Assembly: GCF_009914755.1 (NCBI RefSeq)
Contig: NC_060935.1
Direction: 5' to 3' (one strand)
Origin: the human T2T-CHM13v2.0 reference genome, Homo sapiens
Length of the DNA stretch: 64,000 nt
How positions within the stretch are numbered: position 1 is the first letter of the stretch; the number at the start of each line of letters is the position of its first letter. The notes beneath the pieces are model-generated. The model ran no database searches and was not told the DNA's origin. It was given only the letters and a program-made list of their open reading frames with translations. Both the position numbers and the translations under genes were made by a program. Shown here one piece after another: positions 55,971 to 64,000 of this stretch.

Positions 55971-56584
55971 AAAATATAGTCTTCATTCTTCTTAATTCTA
56001 TCATAAATCTGAGAGTAGAATAATAAAAGTACATGAAAAACTACCCATAGCTTAGTATAGTTTATGTTACACACAAAACCTGAGAGATATAGGCAATAAA
56101 TGTTCCTGGAATATGTTTTACAGCAACATTGGTCCATCAGGAAAGTTTCCCTCCAGGAAAGATTCTGAACATAGAGAAATAACAAGAAATCAAATTATAA
56201 GGAAGATTAACTATTGACCTTTTCCTGACCCCTCTATTTCTCCCCTTCAAGCAGGAGAATTATAGGTCAGTCCAACGTTGAAGAAGGAGTAACATTTCTC
56301 ATTTTGAGCTTTCTCAAGAAATCTTGGCTATCAGAGCTCCCAGCTGATTCCTAGTGGTTTCTTATGTTTAAATACAGGACCCTCACAATAATAATAATAA
56401 TAATAAACAAAGTCACAAATGTTACTTTCAGGTTTGAATTCCACTTGAATTCATTGAGTTATATTTTAAAAAGCTATCATTATGATAACCAGTTTTAATA
56501 CTGTGATCAAATACAATCACTAGTATGAAAACTGGGCAAAAGGCCACATTCCACTAGTGTCTCCAGTTCAATGCAAAATCTTTT

Positions 56585-56603
56585 ACTGCCATCTTGTGGA
56601 TTT
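56585..56603 (-). promoter_or_regulatory. Candidate CTCF site
   Basis: The minus strand reads atCCACAAGATGGCAGta. Motif only. Confidence 0.45.
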
Positions 56604-58849
56604 TTAGGAAATAATCCCAGTCACTACATATTATTTATTGTCTTACGGGAACAATAGGTTCATAGGCCAGTTTATGAAAATAACTGAAAAAAAGTATAAG
56701 AAAAGAGCAGCTAAATAGTCAGGTTTCCATCTAACATTATCACTTTGTATTCTCTACTAAGCATCTCTGAGGCTTGGTTTCTTCATAAAAAGTTGTTATT
56801 ATAATAATACCATCCCCTGCCTGTCTCAAGGTTGCCATAAGAATAAAAATTTTAAATTGCTCCATAAATCAAAAGTACTATTCAGAAACAACCAATTATT
56901 ATCAATGCTATCAGCCACATTATTAGAATGACGATACCTAAGCATTTCATATGTAACAAGGTAAACTATGGTTCAGGCTGAAAAGTCCAGACCTTGGTAC
57001 CTGCTTTCAGAGTGATTTGTCTCATCTTTTATGGCTTTCAGGGCAAGAGAATGGATGTTTCAAATGAAAATATTCCCTGGAGATAGTTGTTCCTGGGGCA
57101 GAAAATACTGTGGGCCTGACAACTGAGGAAGGGAATATTTCCTTTTTTACTGATTCACTGATGAGCAAGTGAGCCCCGACATTTGAAAAGCACAGCAAAT
57201 ATGTAGTATAGGAACAGCTTTTTCCAGTGAAAAATGCTACCCCTGGGATCCTATCTACTGATCCATATTTAGTTATTCTCTGGTAAGTTATTCATCCAGG
57301 ATTTCTCTCTTCCAACCAACCGACACTTAAACTGGAAAACCAGGCAATAGGTTGGCTCATAGATGTCACAGACAACTTAAAAAAGAATCTTCTGAGAATT
57401 TCAGGGAAAAAACTTAGAACAAAATCTCCAAAAGCTTTCCTTTCCCATTAGCGAAGACTTCAAGTTCTTTCATCTAATTTATTCATCACCTATGAACACC
57501 TGTGTGTGCCTAGCACTGGGTTAGGTTCTGGGATGCAATGATGATGCAGACATAACGCTTATGCTTACTGACCTCCATACTAGCTGGAAAGTTCACATCT
57601 CATAACTCATGATATCTGCTGCTTCAAGCTCTGCAGTTGTTCAGAACCTGAGCAGAGAAAGGGCCAATGCTGCCCTTGGGAATTTGAAAGAGAGAAGCAG
57701 CTCATGTATGAGCAATTTGCTGTTAGAGGACGCTCATCGACTCTCCACTTATGTCAGCTGTTGAGAGCGGTCATTGCATGTGGTGGAGTGAATGGTGTCA
57801 GAAGTGGTGATGGTGATGATGAAGAAGATAAGATGATACTTGGAATTAAGAAACTTATTATGGATTTTTTTTAGATGAATGGATTTTAAATAATGTCAGC
57901 GTGAGAAGAATAAGTCATAGTAGTTGTTTCTTTTTATCAATCTGCCATGCATTACGACCATGTTCATATCTTATGTCTCCACTAAGCTATCAGCCCCTGA
58001 AGGTGAGAACAATGTCTGATATACCTCTCTATTTCCTATAAACACTAGAATAATATTTGACAGTCATGTTTTCATTATTGAACACTTATAAAGTGCCAGA
58101 TACTTTTCAAAACTCTTCGAATACAGCAATAAACAAAATAAATCAATAAGAGATATTCAATAAATCAAATAATTAACAAATAAGAGTCACAGCCATACAG
58201 CCAAAGTGTTTTCCACTTCTTCCACTTAATATACATGTATATGAATTGCTAAATAAATCACCAATTTCCTTCTCTCTACTGAATCATTTCCGTCAACATA
58301 TAAACACTGTTACAAAAAACAAACTCTACCCTCAAGTTCCCATTCTATTGCATTCCTCTCTAGAGCAAACTCAAAGGAGATAACTCTTCTCCTTGTCATT
58401 AAAAGAGGGAATTTGGATGGAAAGGCAGGAGGAACTTGTCGAAAGATATTAAGTGGAGGAGTAACATGATCAAAGTTGATAGAATCTATGGAGTTGGTGT
58501 GAAAGATGAAAAAAATACTGACTTTGAAGCTGGGCAGACCTAGAGTCCAGTCCTTTTACTACAGTCTGGTCTTAACCAAATTATTTAACCTCTCAGAATC
58601 TCAGAACTTTGACCTGCAAGATAATAGTAATCAAACCATTTGAAGTTCTTACTAGGTAGGAAGCACACAATATGTCTCTCATCCTTTGTCTTCAATTCTT
58701 CTCCTTTTATTCTCTCAGGCCTAGGCTCCTCCCACTAGAGGCTTCTCTCTGAAATAATTTCTATTGTTTAAGAAGCACTTATGATCCTTAAGATACTAGA
58801 CCTAAAACATTCCTCAAATAGAGCTCAGTGAGCCAAATAATCCCCGATG

Positions 58850-59278
58850 GTCATTTATCATTTATCTACCCAGTGTTCAGATATGCTTCTTATTTGGGGA
58901 CAATTCAAGACAGGAAGGAGGCACAGCCTTACCCCCATTAGAGAAGCTGGAGGGGGCAGCTATTCCCTTTTCCCACCCCTCAGCAGCTACAACAGGGCAA
59001 GTCAAGCAGATGTTCCAGTTGGGAATTTAGCATCCCCACACTAACGTGTAAGGTGCATGGAGAAACAGAGATTTTTCATGGCAGTGTGGTTTGGCTATAA
59101 GTGGCCAGTGGTGACAGCCCAGCACCCTTAGTAGGAGGATTTCCTCCTTGGCCTCTGAGCCTGGTTCCTCAGGCTTCCTGAAGAGCTTGTAGACTATCTG
59201 TTATTTCTCCAATAAATTCTTTTTTTTCATATAAGTTACCTGGAACTGACGTCTGTTGTCTGGAGTCAAGAACTCCAG
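58850..59278 (+). mobile_element. Old ERVL LTR (LTR33/LTR16-like)
   Basis: 3' end ccaataaattcttttt..taagttacctggaactgacgtctgttgtctggagtcaagaac. Confidence 0.65.
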
Positions 59279-60092
59279 GAGGTAAATTCACCAATCAAGC
59301 TCCCATCAGGTATATTCCTAGAGTAGTTAGCGTTAGAGGTAAGGGAGCTTGTCATGAAAGAAGGAGGCCTATACCTAGAGTCAAACAGGCTTTGAGTTAG
59401 AAAACTGTTGAACCCTTCAGTTTCTTCTTGAATAAAACAGCAGCATGATCACTTTCCTACCTATCCTGAAGGTACCCTATGAGGATCAAATGAGATAATC
59501 ACAGTGAGATACTTTATACATATATATGGTAATGCAAATCTAAGGGTTATTAGAGATTAGCTAATAAAATAGGTTATTCTGAGGCCCAAACAAATTGGAC
59601 TAAAAATCAGTCCACTTTTTGACTCAAAAGAGATTTCAGGAGGGATGATCAAGTCGATGATCACTCCTTCTTTAAAACTTGAGAACTCTTTGCACGATTT
59701 CCCCTTTATCTGTGATCAGCTGTTATACCACAGTTTAGATGTTTACATAGAGAAGACACTTTGAAACTTGTATAGGAAGTCCTTGCTACCCAAATTTTTT
59801 GGAAGAAGAGAATATGTCATAAACATATTTTAAATGATCATCAAGTATTTAGCATTTAATATGTAATAGAATAGTTAATTAACATTTTTCTGATCTATAG
59901 GAATTCCTTTTAGTCAATTAGGAAATGATCTGTCTGAATTGGAAATATATTCCATTGGCCAGAAATCTAAAAGCTTTAATGTATTCTGAATCTTCAGGAC
60001 AGAAGGGATTAATTGGCCAGAGCGCAAGATGAATAAAACTGAGAGGGGTCCTAGGATTTCCAACTGCCTTCAGAGAAGTGGGCAAAGATGAG

Positions 60093-60128
60093 TCATTCAT
60101 TCATTCATTCATTCATTCGTTCGTTCAT
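60093..60128. repeat. (TCAT)n repeat at the tail of an antisense L2
   Basis: tcattcattcatt... followed by aaacatttgctcag. Confidence 0.85.
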
Positions 60129-61471
60129 TAAACATTTGCTCAGTAGCTCCGTTCTAAGTTAATCAACAAGGGAGCAGAGATGAATAAAACACAGTTTCAT
60201 CCTCAAGGGAAGCTTCAAAGGATCTGAACGTTGCTTCTAAGTGCCTCAATCTTACAGCCTTCGTATACAATGGCTTCCTGTGGTGACTCATATGTCTCCT
60301 TTTAAATGCTCTTTTTTTAGGCATTTATGCTTTTTTCATTAACTAGACTTTGAGTATGGACTGCCTCAGACATAAGTAAACTGCCAAATTCAATTCTTTT
60401 GTGAAGGCCTGCATCGCAGAAAGAGCATAGCTTTGAAATCAGAAGCAACAGTATTCCAAATACCACCATCATTACTGATTATCTGTGTGATCTTGGACAA
60501 ATTATTTAATTTCTCTGAGCCTTCAATCCAACAAGGTTGTTAGGACAATTCAGTGAAATCACAGCGCAGTATCCAGCAAAATGCTTTGTGCTGAGCATAT
60601 ATTCAATAAAGGTTAGGCATTTTATCTCCAATTCTCTACTGGTTTTGCTTTCTAGGGGCCCTCTTTGTTGGGAAGTTTCCCCTCCAGAATCCTTCTTACT
60701 TCCCCAGGCTGAGCTAAGGATGGTCTCTTCTTTACGCCCATGTGGTCCCTGGAACTTACCGTTAGCATTTCCATGTTATATTGGAAATAATCTATTTATT
60801 TGTCTGTCTCCCTTCATGAGGCTACATGTTCACTGAGGACACAATGATTTTTTTCACGTTGCATCCTTAGTGTCTAGTAGCTTTTGGTACTTTGTGAATG
60901 TCTCTGAGCTCTGCAAACAAGATTTTAAGGTGAAAATTTACTTCCGTCAAATAAAATACTTGCAAGAGGTTTTCTGGAGATTATGACAGAATTTTCAAAA
61001 AATATGTTTCACTTGATAGTAATTTATATCCAAAGACTAAAAAAGTTATTTTGTTAAATAATGTTAAAAAACACTTTATCAGCATTTAAAAAATTTGCTG
61101 CAGGACTTCTCAGATCTTTCATTGAATTATGAACCTTTTTTATGAAGCATTTCACACATCCGCTATTATACACAGTTTTGGAAGTACCACTGCGAGAAAA
61201 GCTGGTGTTTTACTGGTGCACTGAGTTAAGTTTCAGACTTTTGAAAGCTGCTTACAGTTAAATCCTTTGAGTAGTGATATTGTGAGTCAGGTGTTACAAG
61301 TCTGATGTTAAGTACATGGTTCCCAATGTACTATTTTCACTGCACCTTGCTAAGTTGTGACATATAGTATGTTTATGACACATTGAATAAGCAAGACTTA
61401 AGGAATATAACTGGAAAGGAGCAATGTTAATTTTGTTTCCCTACATAGTTTGCTGAGTGCCCACAGATTTT

Positions 61472-61567
61472 ATTGTTTTTCTTTTTGTTGTTGTTGTTTT
61501 TGTTTTTTATATATACACATATATATACACACATATATATACACATATATATAGACATATATATACA

Positions 61568-61621
<54 letters not shown>
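61472..61621. repeat. Compound (TTG)n/(TA)n/(CA)n microsatellite at the Alu tail
   Basis: Read directly. Confidence 0.95.
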
Positions 61622-61921
<300 letters not shown>

Positions 61922-62379
61922 TAATTACTGCTTTTCTTTAACATATATTATACAGCCGGATTCTATGTCAGACAATGGGGATGCTGTTTAAGTGACGCTT
62001 GGGGCAATTCATGAGTTCTCTGGTCCCTTTTAGATAATGGAGGGTTTTTCCTTGTCTACTCCAAGTTCCTTTTCGAGGAAATTCAGTGAACAAGATGGAG
62101 GTAGGAGGGAGCTCAGCACAGAGGGGACAGGGCTGCTGCTCCGTCCCCACTCAGTGATATGGCTCTTCCTTTTTGTACAACAGTGAAACACACTTGTGTG
62201 TGGTTTGTTAGTAAATAACTGCTGTCCTGAGCCCTCCTGAGTGACCCACAACTCTGGCTCCCTAGAAGTCCCCACTGCCCTGCTGTCTGGCATCTGTGGC
62301 ACTACGGCCATTCATTGTGTGGATGGGTGCCAGGGTTATGCCAAGGTGTGAAAATTTTGAATAGCATCCCTGACCATAG

Positions 62380-63010
62380 GTAAAGAAAAATCCAGAGTGG
62401 CTGAGGCATCAGTGAGAGTAGGGGAAGTATTGTGGATGGGGCAGGCTGTCCAGGCAGGCAGGGGCCAGACTCTGCAAAACTCTGTGGGCTGTGTTAACAA
62501 TTTTAGGCTTTAAGAACAGCAGGACACCATTTGAAAGGCTTTAAAGAGAGCAGGAAAAGGATATGATTAGATAGGCTTTTTGTACAGTTTCCTCTTTCCA
62601 AAGGCTGGAAGTCTGTATGTGATGGGTGATGTTTATATGCACTAGGCAATCATCAGGAATAAAGAACTCTGCCCATAGTCAGGCCCTGCTGAATACCCAC
62701 ACTCTGGTGGCTGGGCCAGGAGGTACAGCCTGGCTAGTGGGGCTCTGAAGCCAAGGCTGAGCAAGAGTGACTCCCCTGGAGCCTCTTCACAAGCCATATC
62801 TGTTTTCATTTGAGGTGGTCTTGTGATCAGGTGAGCAGTGAGTTCTGAGCTGTGCAGGAAGAAAGATCCAGTAAGGTAGGGAGAAGTCTAAATGGGCTCT
62901 ACAATTAAGAGAGGCAAAAGCCAGAAATGACTGAAGAGTCAATGTGTCTAGATGCAGTGGGTTAGAGAGAGAGAGCAAATGCCTGGAACAAGCATGCTGG
63001 TTTGGAGAGG
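62380..63010 (-). mobile_element. L2 fragment
   Basis: ccagagtggctgag...ggccagactctgcaaaactctgtgggctgtgttaac...ggtggtcttgtgatcag. Confidence 0.65.
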
Positions 63011-64000
63011 CAACTTCCACATGGTTTCTGGACCAGAACTCTAAATTTAACTGGTCAGATTTAAGGCAATAAGCTTTTACCTCCTCAAAAACAGCATCAA
63101 CTCCACTTAGTTGGATTTCACTTCAAAGTTTAAGAGTATGTCCTGGCTGATACAGTACCTTGAAATTTCTGAAACCTTACTGATACTTTTTCCTGAAGGG
63201 AGAGTAGTGGTTTTGCTGGAGTTTGGGTGACTCCAAGTTTTGAAGATGAGAGAAGAGAAGCTGAAGGTGTGGCTTAGGTGAAAGGTTTCATAAGATTTCT
63301 GATTTAAGCTGTTTCACTTTTGGGGACAAGGTGAAATAATAGCACTGAGATGTGGAGATGAGACTTGTCCCTAACACTGCATAGGCCCCAGATCCTCTTT
63401 AGCATTTCAGAGCGTGCTTGTTTCAGGAACACACAGAGGGAGAGAGAGTTTCTTAGGCAGAGAACATCAGTACTGAAAACTAGGAAAGCAAGGTTCCTCC
63501 ATGGGACCGGGAACCAGAGCCAGAGAGGAACGGCACGGCAGGTATGGCATGGTGACTGGAAGGGATGAGGTCTGGCGGCTCATATGAGGACCACTTCAGG
63601 AAATCGAAGAAATAATTTTGGACATCTTTACTGGGGATGGCAGTGGAGAGGGGGAAGCAACAACACCAGAAGAGATTTAGAAATGTTATTTGAGGTAACA
63701 ATATAAGGTGACCTTATCAGTACCCCAAGATGGAGAATAGTCTGTATAGTGCTCATATTCTGTTTAATTAACTTGAAAATAGAGTCCTGGCAAATCAAGT
63801 CCTTCCCCTCTGCACGTTTCTAAACATAAAGATAACCTGAAAATTTTTGAAATACCCATGTCAGCTGTGACTCATTTTTACTCTTTTTAAATCAACAATG
63901 CAATTTAAATTCTAATTTGGAAATCCAGTTACCTATTATACCTTCACTTCGACAGCTGCAGCATTTCACTTCTGGCAATACATATTCCCAATCACGTATC

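Overview
Primate, almost certainly human, genomic DNA that is AT-rich and dense in Alu, MIR, L2 and old L1 repeats. It lies inside DLG2 (PSD-93/chapsyn-110), transcribed on the minus strand. The only real coding exon is 103 nt long (23115-23217), encodes the C-terminal half of PDZ3 ([34 protein letters not shown]), and is missing from the ORF track. The introns hold three retroposed mRNA copies. (1) A full-length SOCS6 processed pseudogene (~25277-28303, minus), inserted into an old L1 and later interrupted by an Alu. (2) An LDHAL6-type lactate dehydrogenase processed pseudogene (~50820-52270, minus). (3) An easily missed 455-bp 3'UTR-only retrocopy with a perfect 13-bp TSD (6323-6777, plus). 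The best lead is the SOCS6 retrocopy. Its 5'UTR appears to preserve a spliced-in antisense Alu/FLAM exon. Its 5' ~940 bp has kept its CpGs while the 3' part has decayed. It points toward the DLG2 exon 2-5 kb away, so it is a candidate retrocopy-derived intragenic CpG-island promoter. This is a hypothesis: I see no evidence for a novel multi-gene system. Almost all ORFs in the track are repeat or chance artefacts. Reference proteins and repeat subfamilies were compared from memory, not by database search.
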